DNA of 64,000 bases from Mytilus californianus (taxonomy: Eukaryota). Under the pieces are notes generated by a model, which was not told the origin of the DNA, ran no database searches, and worked only from the letters and a program-made list of their open reading frames with translations. The translations under genes and the position numbers were made by a program. The DNA is taken from NCBI RefSeq assembly GCF_021869535.1, contig NW_026262626.1, forward strand, positions 27,528,001 through 27,592,000, written 5' to 3'. Shown one piece after another: positions 34,358 through 49,000 of the stretch (its first letter is position 1; the number at the start of each line of letters is the position of its first letter).

Positions 34358-35000
34358 AAACTGAACTACGATATATAGTCAGTGTGTCTGGTCTCACTAT
34401 TTTTAATATGTACCACCTTTGATAATTATTTATTATGACGATTAATTTTCACTTCTGTATTCGTACTGTGAACAACAAATTTATCAATTTGTAGAAAATG
34501 TTTCCGTTCTCCTAACAACAAAATTATTATATTTAAATTTAACTGTGTACGTTATTTTATTTTACGCCATTTTATCCCAGGTTAAAGTTTTCTTTTTGAC
34601 ACTGTTGCCACATCTTTTTTTATTAATATTGTATTTATATTGTGTCATAGATCAAACTTATTCGTTCAGTGTATGTTGACTTGTTTTTGTTTATTTGTCT
34701 TTTTGATCGAGTTAAGCCATTTCAATTGACATTTTATAGTGTGTCTTTTTATATTGAAATGTTACACTACTATCTCAGGTTAGGGTGAAGGTTGGCGCCT
34801 GTTAAAACGTTTAACCCGTTGCATTTGTATGCACCTGTCCTAAGTCAGGAGCATGTTGTTCAGTGGTTGTCGTTTGTTGGTGTGGGTCATAAGTGTTTCT
34901 CGTTTCTCGTTTTTGTGTATAGACAAATATTTTTCAAGTGACATTTTTTTATGAGACAATCTTACATATATTTGATCAACATGTTCTCCCCTGCTGTAAC

Positions 35001-35420
35001 TTAATCAATGTCACTTCCAAGTACTTCAAACGACTGAATATTCTTAATACAGATTTCATTAATGGTAAAAGCGTATCTGATAGTTTTGGAAGTAGTTAGA
35101 ATTAGATCATTCGAAAAACCTACCGTCAAAGCATAACCTCGTTGTCTACCTGTTTCTGTGACTACCAATGCATTATATAATATTTTGCGACAATGTATAG
35201 TTTGTTTGAATATATCCCGGTCCTCTTATGACCACGTTGTCAAATATGGTATGTAAAGATTTATCTAATAAAACATGGTCTTTATCATTTCTGTATGTAA
35301 TTGGTAGGTACCAATTAAGTTTCGTATTATTACAGTTATGATAGTAATCACAGATGACCACCGATATGATAAACTTGTTGTAGCCACATTCTCGTCTTTC
35401 GTCATCGATTGTGACAGCAC
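35001..35420 (-). pseudogene. Exon-like remnant of ~140 codons with one frameshift, unidentified
   Basis: GAVTIDDERRECGYNKFIISVVICDYYHNCNNTKLNWYLPITY..GPGYIQTNYT / CRKILYNALVVTETGRQRGYALTVGFSNDL..EVLGSDID*; preceded by an AG acceptor. Confidence 0.4.
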
Positions 35421-38400
35421 CTACTGCAACTTATCACCGGATGTTTACTGAAATACCTTGAGTAACATAACAGACAGGAATCGGAACTGTTTATCTTTCC
35501 ATTCCGGGCACTTTATAAAACAAGAAGATGAGGTATGATTGCTTACGAGACAACCCTCTATCACTGGACCAAATGAAGAAAAAGGTTAGCAACTTTAGTT
35601 CACTCCCCGGTTTTTTCATGAAACTCGTGTTGCTTTATCATTATTTTTTATGTAGTATTATTTAGACTCTTATTTTTGTTTCGTCTTGTTTTTGCAATGG
35701 TGTTTTTCTTCAACTTTATGCTTTATGATTGTTCTTGTTGCAAAACATGAACTATGAATCTTCTTCATTTGGGGTTAAGGTAATCCTCTTCCTCGATTAC
35801 CCGTTTGTCAGTGAATCGTTTCCAAGAAAATGTTTAGTATCTTATGAACATTAACTGCAAAAACATAACGACGAAGTCCTTGTTTCTTAATGTTTTTAGC
35901 TGAAAGCCTAACAAGGAAAGTATTTCATTATACATCGGTATTAAGTATGGTAAATGTTATTTGCTTTTCCTACCTGTCCACATTTTTAACCATTGTTATT
36001 AGAATTAAAACCAATTGTTCAGAGATCAATTGAAGGTCTTTCTACCTCAAATGCACATGATTGATTGATTGAAAAATTAACTTCTAGTTTTGAATATCTT
36101 TCGTTGTCAGATAATAGCTTTTTTTATGCTGATTGCAAAAATATATGGTTCTAGTAACTTTTACGTGAATATAGTACACGAAATGGCTACTTCCGATTTA
36201 CAAAAGGTCTCATATGGTTGACATTTTTCAAGGTTTAACTTTGACCTTGACATCAATTTCATGGTTATGAAACAAGGACCTCAAAATTAAAAATACAAAA
36301 ACACTAGGTCTTTACTAATGTAAATTCAGAAATTAATGCGTGTATTTATTATTGCGATTTTTGGAGAGAGGGCAAACATTCGAGAATCTGCATACTGATA
36401 TATGTATCTTATATCAGAATTTGAGTTCTTGTTATTGCGACATCACCCAGTCACATTATTGGCATTAATAAAAACCTTGAAATAATTCGAATTTACAGTA
36501 TATATAGTAAAAAAAAAATGAGTCATATCACCATGCAGCTAATTTTTAATATTAGAGGGAAGAAACCACCCATTTAATGTCAATGTATGCTTTGAACCGT
36601 TCTGTCATGTCACAACTAATAATTAAGTAAATATATCTTGTCGATATCTTATACGGTTTCTCAGGAGAAGCGATAATAAGGAAAAGTCAAAATTCAGAAA
36701 ATAAACTGTGATCTTGTCCTCATTTTCTTTTTAGTGGACCAAGGATCTCAAATCAAAACACCCTAGGTATGTATCACTTATAGTTTGCCAGTTACAAATA
36801 CATATCATTTAAATAAAAAAAACAAGAGAAATTACTCTCATATAGAATCATAAAGAGTCTCCGTATCACTTTAGTCAAAATCTTTTATAACATGCTGAGG
36901 AGCAATTTGGAAAAATAAATTTGTCGGTTTCTTTTACGGTTGCGAAGAAGTAGCGATAACAAGAAACACTGTGTTCTGGAAGGTAACTCTTACAAAAACA
37001 GTATTGTGGTTAAAAGGTTTAAAAAGCAGAGTTTCAAAATCACAATAACTGTTCGATATCATATACTAAGCAACATCTTTCGAAACCAAAATACTACGCA
37101 AGAAATAAAAAGCGGCGGAAGGAAAATAATAATTCGAACAAACAATATAAGTCTTTTCACTGAATAGTGGGAAGACCTTGATATGCATGTAATATATTTC
37201 ACTGGACAAAAAACATATAAATGCTGCTTTAAATTCAATAGGAGAAAATTGTACCTTGCTTAAAAATACAAGAATATCCTCATAATTTAAATTCAGTACA
37301 ATATTTTTGGTCGTTTTTTCGGGTCATTTCAATCCGCACTGTAATCACAGTTGACAAAGCTATAGAAAAAAATCCATATTGAAAGAGGTGATGACTTCGC
37401 ATTTCGTCAAAACAAACACTAAAATATCAGCCTAAAACACAGATCACTGAAATTAAAATAAAAAGTCCAATTACATAGACCAAATAAAGAGCGAATTTAC
37501 CTGCCCTGATAACTTTGATCGAAAAAAAAAAATCCACAAAATTTTTGCAATCACAACAAAAAAGTTGCATACTTATGGGTTACATTTGAGAAATATAATC
37601 TTTATCTACATCTTTCTAGTTCTACACTTGATGATCTTTTATCTATACTTAAAAAACAATAGTAGGCATCAATTATTATGCAAACCGGGTCAAAAGCCAG
37701 TTAGTAAATTACATAATATATATTACGAGTATAAGTAATATAGTTTTTGTATTGTTCAATAAGACAAATTTCCAACTCTGTTGTGGTTTATTGCTATAAA
37801 TCATGTTTTTTGTTTGTTTGTTGTTTTGCACATAGATCGGGCTGTTTATTTTCTTGTTTGAATTGATTAACATTTTGACATGGGGATTTTTGTGGCTTCC
37901 TTTGTGGTATGGGTATTGCTCGTTGATGAATGCCGTCTGGTGATCTATTGCTGCTTTCATTTCCATCGTTTCTGGTGGACAGTTGTGACATTGACAATCA
38001 TACCACATATTTATATTTTTATATGTAACAATGATATCAATGACTACTCGTTTGGTAATAACCTCGAGGACGAAATGTCTATCACCATTGGCATCGACCT
38101 AGTTGTTGTAAAAACTAATGAGATAAATATTAAATTGTCTCCACTGTGAAACATAGGACCAATAACCATTTTGGAAAAAATACTGGCACATTTGTGAGAG
38201 AGCTGTCTACCGTTAGTTTTTATTGTTACAATTGTTTTATTTCCCTAAATATGTAAGTTTATTATATTTGTCCCCTTCAATGGTTTTGATAAGAATTCTT
38301 ATATTTTCTGTATATGCCCTGTATTTGTTATATGTTTGTTATATTTTGCTCATGTGTTAACGTCGGGCATTTAACTACAGTTTTTATTAGAACTTTTCGA

Positions 38401-39109
38401 CTGCAGTACCTATTGTCTCTCATTCCGTAATTTGGATCCTAATTCAAAGCTTTCACTGTATGCTTCATTAACCTATCTACTGTTATATAATAGTGATAAC
38501 CATAATATGAAGAAATGGAAAAAAATACAAAAATCTCTCCACAATTCAAATATCCGCGTGCTTAAAAAAACGCATTTCTACTATATATTCAACTGCCGCT
38601 AATCGAAATTCTGCCATATCTTTAAAATTTCTATACAGATATTATTGAAATTGTTTTATTAGAGCGCACAGCTTTTCACAATAAATGTATATTTCTAGGT
38701 AGAATTAGACAAAAATAACGACGATCCCTACACATACGAAGTTTTTCTGCAAGACCTGATGAGATTTTTATCTTGATATATTTTTAGTACGGTGTATTGA
38801 ACTTGTAAGTGCAGTAAAGGTTATTTTTTATGGATTGTATAAATTGTGAAAATAAACTCTTCATAGATACCAGGATTAGAATTGTGAAAACTCCGCCTTT
38901 CACTCATAAACTTAACCAAAAGTCTTTCGGCTGCAGTTTGTGAACCCTTTTTTTTATTACTAAAATTGGAATCAGTTCTAACCTCTTGAAATGTGTCATT
39001 ATTTGTGAGGAGAACAGTTCTCCTCAATCATTTAGAAAATTGTTAAACAGAATTTGTTCTACCTTAGAACAGTTATTTCAGTTAAATAATACTTTAACCT
39101 CATGCATGT

Positions 39110-39300
39110 TTGCACTGTACGGCATTTGTACGGAATTTTCATATAACAGGTGTGTGCTCCTTACACACAAAGTGCTCCAACAAATGTAAGAAGGGAGGAC
39201 GACTGAAATCGACACGTCATAAGTTTTACAGTCACCATCACGAATTGGTTGACCGATGCGATGTGTCGATGTCTCAACTCACCAGCAACATGTTTTCGGG
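39110..39300 (+). mobile_element. Decayed PLE-type RT thumb fragment
   Basis: Two overlapping frames give CTEFSYNRCVLLTHKVLQQ and RLKSTRHKFYSHHHELVDR..SMSQ..NMF, matching the C-terminal motif pattern of the 13533 ORF class. Confidence 0.6.
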
Positions 39301-39834
39301 GTCCTAGATCTTTAGATACCAGTATAACCATCTGATCTGGAATTTTACCGATTGATTCATATTCCCGACTGTGATATTCTTGCTGAGTGTGAATTTGCAT
39401 GGTAAATGATGCATGCATAGATGTAGACGTTTATCATCCTGTCGACGCATCCTATCTCGCTTCTTTTGAATTTCATACGATTACCTCAGTTTCTGTTTTT
39501 ACGTTGATTTGTCTCTTAAGCTACCTAATCTTTTTACGAGATTTGAACTTCGGCAAACTACTATTGCCTTAATTAGACACATACACTTTATAAAAGATTC
39601 TGGCAGATTTGTCCTAGAACAGATCTGCACTTCGGTGTTGACATGAATATCAATTATATGGTCATTTTCATAAATTTCCTGTTTACAAAAGTATGAATTT
39701 TTCGAAATACTAAGGATTTTCTTATCCCATGCACAGATTACCTTAGCCGTATTTGGCACCATTTTTGGGAATTTTGGGTCCTCAATGCTCTTCAACTTTG
39801 TACTTGTTTGGCTTTATAACTATTTTGATCTGAG

Positions 39835-39876
39835 CGTCACTGATGAGTCTTATGTAGACGAAACGCGCGTCTGGCG
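39835..39876 (+). ncRNA. Type I hammerhead ribozyme (minimal stem III), intact core, within retrozyme fragment 39628-39910
   Basis: CGTCA-CTGATGA-GTCT(tatgt)AGAC-GAAAC-gcgc-GTC^-TGGCG. Stem I CGUCA/UGGCG, catalytic boxes CUGAUGA and GAAA, GUC cleavage triplet, palindromic GCGC loop III. Confidence 0.88.
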
Positions 39877-40444
39877 TATTAAATTATAAGCATGGTACCT
39901 TTGATAACTATCTGACAGTTCAACTTTTGAACAGATTTGTAAAGTTTGACCCTTGAACAGTTTTAGACAGTTCTACCTTTAAACAGATTTCATTATAATT
40001 TACTGTTAATTCAGAAATTTTTGCGTGCATTTATCATTACAAGGAACAAAAGTGAGAGATAAATTATTGGGAAGAAAGGAAATTCTATACAAATAAAGCC
40101 CAATAAAAATTTAAAAAGACGTATTTTACGAAACCTACCAACTGACGTTACACATTTCACAATATTTAAAACATCGAACTTTATGAATAAACAATCTTGT
40201 TTTCACAAGGTTTCCCGGTGAAGCTAGAATCATAGCAGTCAAAATGCTTAATCAATACGGAAGCTGAAAAACATTGAAAACCACAAATTTCGAAAATAAT
40301 ATATACCAAATCTGACAAGGGCAATCTTTGTCTTGGCGTAGAAAACCTTAGCATTTCGATATATTTTACCCATATGGAATTTATTATATACTTTAAGACC
40401 GTCGAAAGATACCAAAGGGACATTCCAACTCATAAGATGAAAAT

Positions 40445-40795
40445 AACCTGACAACGCCATGGTAAAAAAAAGAAATAGACCACCAGACAAATAACAGTAC
40501 ACAAAACACAACATAAAAAACTGAAGACTGCGCAACACGATCCCCACCAAAAACTTGGGGTGATTCCAGGTGCGCCGGACGGGAAAGCAGATCCTGCTCT
40601 ACATGTGGAACCCATCGTGTAGCTCATGTTAGTACAAACCAGGTGATAAGTCTAATTCGGTAGGTCAAATTCGGAGGAAAGAGGACGGGATTATAGTTAC
40701 GACAATTGGAACATATCCGTTGTCATCTGTTAAACGGAGATTCCTTAACGGTCAACCAACTCCTGATGTCGTCCGTAAAACTTACGAAGGGATGA
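40445..40795 (-). mobile_element. 3' end fragment of a second PLE-type family
   Basis: Contains ggtcaaccaactc..., agcagatcctgctc and ccccaccaaaaact; shared with 57380-57700, 8510-8680, 4080-4220 and 43160-43360. Confidence 0.6.
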
Positions 40796-42040
40796 CGTAA
40801 CTCATTTCTATAATGTTTAATAGTACAAACTTGTAACTGATGCTATAGATTCTAAAACTTGGGAGCAAAAATTCTACCCATATTTTTTTATACGACCTTT
40901 TGGAATCACAACTACGAAATGTGATACGGGGTACTTCAGGAATCCATGTTCCATCGTATTATAACATTGTTCATTATAAATATCATATCAACTCAAAACT
41001 TCATGAAATTACAAACACAGTCACTGCAACAAATAAAAACAATACAAATTAATACAGCAAGATAATTGTAAGATGCTTGAATATTCTATAAAGTTATTTT
41101 GTTAATTATGGTAAGCCATCAAGTCATATTAAAAAACAAAAATAAAGGTAATTTCGATTTACAAACTGACAGAAAGAAACAAAATAAAAAAGAACACATC
41201 AGGAAATTATCTCATGAATAAATACACCTTTACAGTAAAAACTCAAATGTATACGCCATCATTCATGATAAAAAAAAAAGACTTATCCACACCGAAAAGA
41301 GATACGAGCAAAGCCCTGGACATAATAGAGTTAAATAAAAAAGGGGTTCAAAAGGGTTAGCATTTCCTGCATAGAATTATTATAGTGATTCAAAATTGCT
41401 AATGTGTCCAGTTTGCTATGCAAATATCAATCCATAAAAACGTATGCACTTGGAAAAAGAAGTTTGAGATTAGAAAATGGGAAGAAAAATGCCTTCATGT
41501 TACTTTTATTTTTCCGTAGATGATGATTTGTCATGGTAAAGAGAAAAATAGTTAAATGGTTTATATTTTTATTGAATATTGTTTGTTCATAAAAATAAAC
41601 TTCGTTTAGGCTCTCCGTATCATCATACGTGTTGCCTTTAGTGAGTAGTAGTATCCTTTCCACTGACGCCAATTAATACCGTCAGCATAAGTTTTATGTG
41701 TTCCCTTTAGGTATCTTCCATTAAGATTGGCATGATGACAACCATTATACCACCATCCTCCTTTATAATTCGCAGCACATTTATTAGAAGTTGATTCTTT
41801 GTCCCTCGTAGAAAATCTATGTCCATTATGATGAGCTTATGCATCGCCTGTATATTAAAACATTACAATGTTTTAATTAAATATACCCGTAGGTGTCAGA
41901 AATAGAGAAGGATTGACTATTTCTTATCTAATGTAATAAAATATAAATACCAAGAAACCTACCGTCACCTGTGAGTAGAGCTGTAGCTATTATTGTTTGA
42001 TCACTAAGATCAACAAAACTGTTACTTTAAATATCGTATG

Positions 42041-42289
42041 CGAGGGTCTGGTTTGGGGTGGTGTGTCGGGAGTGGTGTCTTCATTTCTGTATTCTTTAAT
42101 TTTCTAAACCATTTTTCTATATTCTTTAATTAATTTGCCCATTATTCCATATTCTTTACATTTTAGCACACCAATATACTCTATTCTTTATTTTAGTAGC
42201 CTATTTTTCTCCATTCCTTTATTTTTCGCCCTTTATTCTGCACCTTTTGACCATTATTCTCTATTCTATATACTCCATCCAGACCCTCG
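42041..42289. mobile_element. MITE (CGAGGGTCTGG TIR); related copy at ~615-838
   Basis: cgagggtctgg...ccagaccctcg flanked by TATG on both sides. The internal gtcttcatttctgtattcttta is shared with 643-663. Confidence 0.65.
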
Positions 42290-42887
42290 TATGTTGTATG
42301 GCCGAATGAAAACGATCGCAAAACAACATATCTCCATTTGTTCACTAGTATAGTGTAACACAGACGTTCCTGTTAAAGTTTTGACGTAACACAAGACAAA
42401 AACCTGACACAATGCGCCAAACGATTGTTGTATGAAGTCAGTAGGTTAAATAAACGGAAAATAAGCATTTTTGACAAAAATAGAACTTTATAATGTTGTA
42501 GGTCTTTATTTCAATGATTATGTAAAGATGTTGTTATGATGACAGTTTATTCTAAAATGCAGAAAGTAAGAAGCTCAAAAGAAAAACTCTTTAAGAAATT
42601 TGATTACAAAGATATTATATGTGACTGGAAAGTATCATCTCTGATTGAAATGCAGATCATGTGTCCGTGATTCCAATAAAAGGATCAAACAACAACAGGT
42701 TCTACTTGGGTTTTAGAATTATAAGCTTGCACAATAAATGTGTTTTTTATGTAGGTGCTTGACATAAGGTTTTTCGAATTTTGAGTTGTTGCCTGCATGG
42801 TGCGGTGGTCAAAATAAAGAAAGAACGTCGTAATTTCGTGAATATTTGAACATTGTTTTGTTATTTGACGTCATCAATACTCACAAT

Positions 42888-43067
42888 ATAAAATTGAGAA
42901 TGGAAATGGGGAATGTGTCAAAGAGACAACAACCCGACCATAGAGCAGACAACAGCCGAAGGTCACCAACAGGTCTTCAATGCAGCGAGAAATTCCCGCA
43001 CCCGGAGGCGTCCTTCAGCTGGCCCCTAAACAAATATATATACTAGTTCAGTGAAAATGAACGCCAT
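42888..43067 (-). mobile_element. Solo 3'-end copy of the same PLE-type family (in FReD pseudogene intron)
   Basis: Near-identical to 12893-13065. Confidence 0.8.
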
Positions 43068-45223
43068 ATATACTGACCCCTCAATTTTTTATGGTCAGAT
43101 TTTGTCGTTGTGCCAAATTGTCTTCTATTGACATACACGTATAAATGGGCCGGGTTAAGATAGCCAAGTAAATAAAAAGAGAGGCGAAAGATACACAAAG
43201 AACATTCAAACTCATCGAATAAAACAAAAAAAGTCGAAAATAAACTGACAACGTAATGGCAAAAAAAAGGAGTAAAAGACCAAAAAGACAAACAACAGTA
43301 TACAAAACACATCATAGAAAAAGACTGAGAAACACAATCCCCACCAAAAACCAGGGGTGATTTAGAAATGTCCTTGTGTAAATTCCAGTGTTTCCCTGGT
43401 TTACCTAATCCGACTTATGCCACCCAATTCAATAGAACATTTATCGGTCAACTTTGACGGATTTGGATGTTGTTTGTAGGTCACATTTAGTCAAACGGTT
43501 CTGCACGTGTTTTGGTTCGTTAAAATGCTTGGCTTTCAAGTATTTGAGCGTTCTTGATAAAGGTAAATACAGAAAAGCGCTTCGGACGCAGCAGGTTTTT
43601 AAAGTGTTCTTTACCTTTTTTGTTAGTTTGATTTCTGTAACGATTGTATTGCATAGCATTAGATTCAAGTTTGCAGTATAATGTTATGCTCTGATATTTC
43701 TGTTGTATTCTATTCCATTTTAATTATTCTAATTTTATTACCTGCATTTCCAGCATAACCAGCTACCTCCAGTGTGTATCCTGACTCCTCGTTGTTAACG
43801 ACAAATGTGTCGTAGATGGCATATTTGTGATTACTTTCGAAGTCCCACATGTCTATCCGCAGTATGTAATATCCTTGTTCGGTCAGTTTGTTCAAGTATT
43901 CATTCCCTAGAGTATAAACCACATTTATATTAAAGTTTTTTTATATCTCCAGAAACAAAGTTTTGGTTTTACAAAACGTAGGTACAATACTAAGCGATAT
44001 TTTGATATTAGTTTTATAGAATAGAAATTCCTTATAATATAAGTAAAAATTGAAGAAATAATCTAGAATATATCTACTGAAAAAAAGAGAATACAAACGT
44101 CCTTGGGTTAAATATACCCCCCTCGTAATTCAAAGTATCTGAAAAACAGGAAGAAGGTGTCTGACAGATCCTAAAAGAACTCACACGTTATGATTTATCA
44201 CTGTCAAGCTGCTGAATAAGTATATGAAGAAGTTCTGTTCAGTGGTTCGTGAGAAAAGTGTGACGAAAATATTTGTTAGACGAAGGACCGGAAGGACGAA
44301 GAGATAGACGGACATACAGACGGACAGACATACAAGGTGATGATATATAATCTACACGATCCCACTATTTGTTCCTGATGACGAGAAAGAGACAAATATA
44401 ATAGAATTGTTCATTACAAAGTTTCCATAGCAATTTGGAAAAAATATGCTTGCACATTCTCATTCTGGGTAACCACATTTTTGGATTATATATATAAAAA
44501 AAAAATTAAGCATTTCCGAGTTGGTCAAATGATAAGTAAAAATGATTATATAAATAAGAAGATGTGGTATGATTGCCATTCTCGACCAAAGATCAAATGA
44601 TGTATAATTTACCAAATATAGTTCACTATATGGCTTTCACCAATCCGTAATAGACATACCGCATAACAAGCTATAAAAGGTCCCGATATGACAAATGTAA
44701 AACAATTCAAACGAGAAAACTAGAGGCCTAATGTTAAGAATAGGTTGGAATGTTGCACTGATAATAAATACACGAAAGAAAACAAAAGCGGAACGAGATA
44801 TGAAATTGCTATTTTGCAATGCAGTCTGGCAGGTCTGAGGAATTGATCTATCGTAATGGTTTAAAATCAAATTATAATAGGATACTATAAAATAATATTT
44901 GGTGCTATATAATGCGAGAGTAATTGCTCGAATAATAAGGAATATTGTCAGTTTTCACTTTATCATATTACACTCTTAATCTCGCGCAATATGATGACTT
45001 TTCGGTACGATAGAATATTTGTTTCATTACCATTTCTAAACATTTAGACTCTTGTTATTCTAACTATTTATTTAAAAACGTCATTAACCAACATCATCGT
45101 CTGAACTAACAATGATTAGCATATAACAAAATACATCTTAACGGAATTTGCTGATCTATAAACACTATAACGATGGCTGTTTGAATCCTGAGAATATTTC
45201 CATATATGGTATTGTATTTTTTA

Positions 45224-45475
<252 letters not shown>

Positions 45476-45587
45476 TTAATTTATTGTGGATAACTATACA
45501 TATATATATATGAGTTCGAATCCCGGCGAGGGAAGAACAAAAATTTGCAGATTTAACATTGTTGTGCTGATATTTAGAGTAATTATT

Positions 45588-45652
<65 letters not shown>
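45588..45652. repeat. Compound (TA)n(GA)n microsatellite; the paralogous intron has (GA)n at 27995-28032
   Basis: Direct reading; both lie at the equivalent position upstream of the FReD exon-4 acceptor. Confidence 0.9.
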
Positions 45653-45657
<5 letters not shown>

Positions 45658-45829
45658 AATCGTGCAAGACCCTCACGACCTATAATTGCAAACATCTTGA
45701 AGACAACAGCATCATATTCGTTTTCATTGGTACCTATTTTTATGGCAGTCTTTCAAACACAATACTTCTTTAGGAAAGATACAGATATGAAGCAAACTGC
45801 CAGGAACCTATGGCCTTTGTAAGTCTGGT

Positions 45830-46054
45830 ATGTTATTTTTTAATTTCGTTTCATTTATATGTTTTGAGTTTAGTGTGACGTCCATTTTTTCTGAACTAGT
45901 ACACAATTTTGTTAAAGGGCCAGCTGAAGCCCGCCTCCAGGTGCGGGATTTTCTCACTGTGTTGAATACCCATTGGTGGCCATGGGCTGTTTTATGCTCT
46001 TTGGTCGGGTTGTTGTCTCTTTGACACATTTCCCGTTTTCATTCTGAATTTTAT
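45830..46054 (+). mobile_element. Solo 3'-end copy of the same PLE-type family, opposite orientation
   Basis: Reverse complement of 12893-13110 (gggccagctgaag...ttcattctgaattttat). Confidence 0.75.
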
Positions 46055-49000
46055 GCACTAACATTTCGTATACATCACGCATATAAGTTTCCATTTAAAG
46101 TTCCAGTACACTTTTAAACTAGCTTATGAGCATCTGTTTCCAACTGGTCTAAATTGAACATGTCAACACCAAGGCTGTAAGTACAAACCCCGCTTCTGCA
46201 AAGTTAGTTCGACACCGACCTTAAATAACAAGAATTGCCAGTTTTACTGTTGGAGGTCGGTTCCTCCACCTTGACTTTGTTTTTATGTACATGATAAAAT
46301 ATATTCAAATGATTGATTTAGGACCACCATCGTGGTCCACTCACAAATCTATTGTATTTTGTAATAAGTTGTTCTCGTCCTGAATATGCATGATATATTT
46401 GCAACACGACGTTAGCCAGATAACAATATGTAATAACAAATCGATATGTTTTAACAACGGTTTCTGTGTATGGCCTTCCATATTATTTGAATCTAGTATA
46501 CCTGGAAAATATGCCATGTAGGTGTATCCTATTTAGTATTGGTTAAGTTATATGTTTATGTGTATAAATTTGTAACATTCTGGGTTTAAAAAATGATAAT
46601 GTCTATTTTCATAACCGTATTAAAGTTATATTTGTCATTTTAACACAACGTGTACCTGTCTTATGCCCTCAATTAAACAGTGATATTCAATATTTGCGAC
46701 ATTTTTGCAACATAATCCTTAAGACTGTGTTACCCATATATTAAACATTCTGATCTAAATCCTTAGTTTACATGTTTATTTATTATACTTACCGTCCAAC
46801 CACCTTCGTAGCTCTTCATATCACAAAAAACTTGAAAACCGGAAGTTCTAGAAGGGTAGATTTTATAGACTCCACTTTTGTGTTTTCCTTTCCTCAAATC
46901 TCCACAATCAGAAGGTTGGAAGTCTAAATCTATATTGTAAAATACAGGAAATGGTGCAATTTACAATACATGCTCTTTATTTAATTTAATGAAAATAAGA
47001 CTTTATAAATTTTGATGGTCTGAGGGGCTTTTTTGATTTACCTTTATGATGAACGGTCAAACACATGCATTGGAAACAATTGAAACCAATGATGTTTAAT
47101 TACATGAATACATGTACGGTGTGGCGTATATGGCGTTAGACCACCAAGTCACCAACTATAATTTAGAACATCTGCAAAAGTAGCCCTTCCCTGACAAAAA
47201 TAGTGCTTTCGATGTCATTGATTATTTAAACTAACAAACACATTTGCAGAAATGACACTTTTGGTGAAAGTGAAATATATGTAGACCATTTTGAGTCAAA
47301 ATTTACTTGTCCATGATTTTAAATTAACAATATAGGATCAATGCGCTCCATAGTATACTTATTTAAGATTTCCAGAAAACCAGGGATTATTAGTTCAGAA
47401 TATACCTTGTTTCTATGAAGATAAACATAAGATAAAATATAAAGAAAAGTGCGAATTTTATTTTGCTGATATGAATCTATGTTCACCTATCAGCTGTGAT
47501 ATAGTCTGTTCAGAATGATGAGTACACCGCGATATGCAATAATTAGTTTCTTAAAAAATTTGAAAATACGGCATTTTTAGCATAAACGAGCTTAGCACAT
47601 TCAAATAACATATAAGTAAGATTTTCATATTACCATTTAGAGGGGTCAAAGTGCATTCACTCCTTGTTTCGGTGATAAGATTGGCAACTTTGTCTGCTAC
47701 GTCTCTGACACATTTCTTTACAATAAACACATGAAAGTTATTATTTATGTTAGTTTATTGATTTTCATCTGAAACAGTCATTTTGATAGACGCTTTCTCA
47801 ATAGATTGAATCGTGAATAATCAAGTCCTGCTCAGTCGTTTAGTCCATTTTCAGACAAGTCCGTCAAGATGTAATCAGTACGGTTACACTTCCGGTAAAT
47901 TATGATTCGTTCAGTCTATTGTTAGAATGTTCGTTGATTGATATTTATCTTCCAAAAGCAACAAATACCGAAAAGCAGCAGACTGGACTGAATAATTCTG
48001 AATAGACTTATTTTAACTGTCGTTTTTAAACGTATGAGATGAATTATACCTAAAAAGTTGTTGGTTTAATTAGACATATTGGACAGTACGAACTCATGCA
48101 TAAATATATAAAGATCATCAAAGACTTGTTACTCATTATACGGTTATCATGTATTTCAAATTTGTAAATTCTACATTTTGTACTTGTCAATATGTTCATT
48201 ATTCAAAAATTATATGCACCGTACCTTTGTTTATTCTATGGCAATTGATTTGTCCAAAACCGAGAAGAAAAGCAGTGAACAGCCATTCTCCATACATGGT
48301 ATTCTGATGAATTTTGCAATGTTGACTACATATGTCACCCTATATCTACTAGTATAATCATTTAAATAGGTTTTAGCGTGATAGGTGTAATTTGAGTGGC
48401 AGTGTTTTTCCTGATCATAATTTAAGTTTGATTTATTTCTGCAGTGTTACTAAGCTTGGATTTCGATAAAAAAAAAATAAGAAAAAAGAAAAAGTAAAAA
48501 AAAAAAGAAAAAAAAAAGTAGATTGCAGGAGCTTAATAAACTTTTATAGTCGTTATAAATACATTTAAGACCATGGCTAAAAGAAAAGAGCCAAACAAAT
48601 AAGCAAAGTAAACAAAACACAGACAACTATATAGAACCAAAAGAATTTTTAAACACACATTTTAATTGGATTAGTTGTAATATTTAGTGTGTAATTAACC
48701 TAAAGCGATACAAACCCGACATAAATTGAGTTATTTCAATGTTGCTAATGTTGTATGTTCAGACTTATCTAATATCTAAGTTTCATAGCAGCCAAAAGTT
48801 ACTACATGTATAAACACTTCATGACGTCACTTGCATGAATTCCTAACTATACAAGCGAATACCGTCCATCAGTGTTTAGTATTTTTTTTATCTTGAAATG
48901 ATAAAAACATTTTTTTTAACTCTTACAGAAATTATTTACAAATATATACCGACAAAAATGACTAAGGAATTCTTCAGACGAATAAAAGTTATAATGTATT

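Noticed and set aside
40248-40627. ORFs such as 40248-40550, 40430-40627, 43043-43315, 42846-43046 and 13121-13387
   Set aside because: They are translations of dispersed repeat tails that recur throughout the window, not genes.
45505-45545. tRNA gene suggested by GTTCGAATCC
   Set aside because: B-box only, with no cloverleaf; most likely a SINE head fragment.
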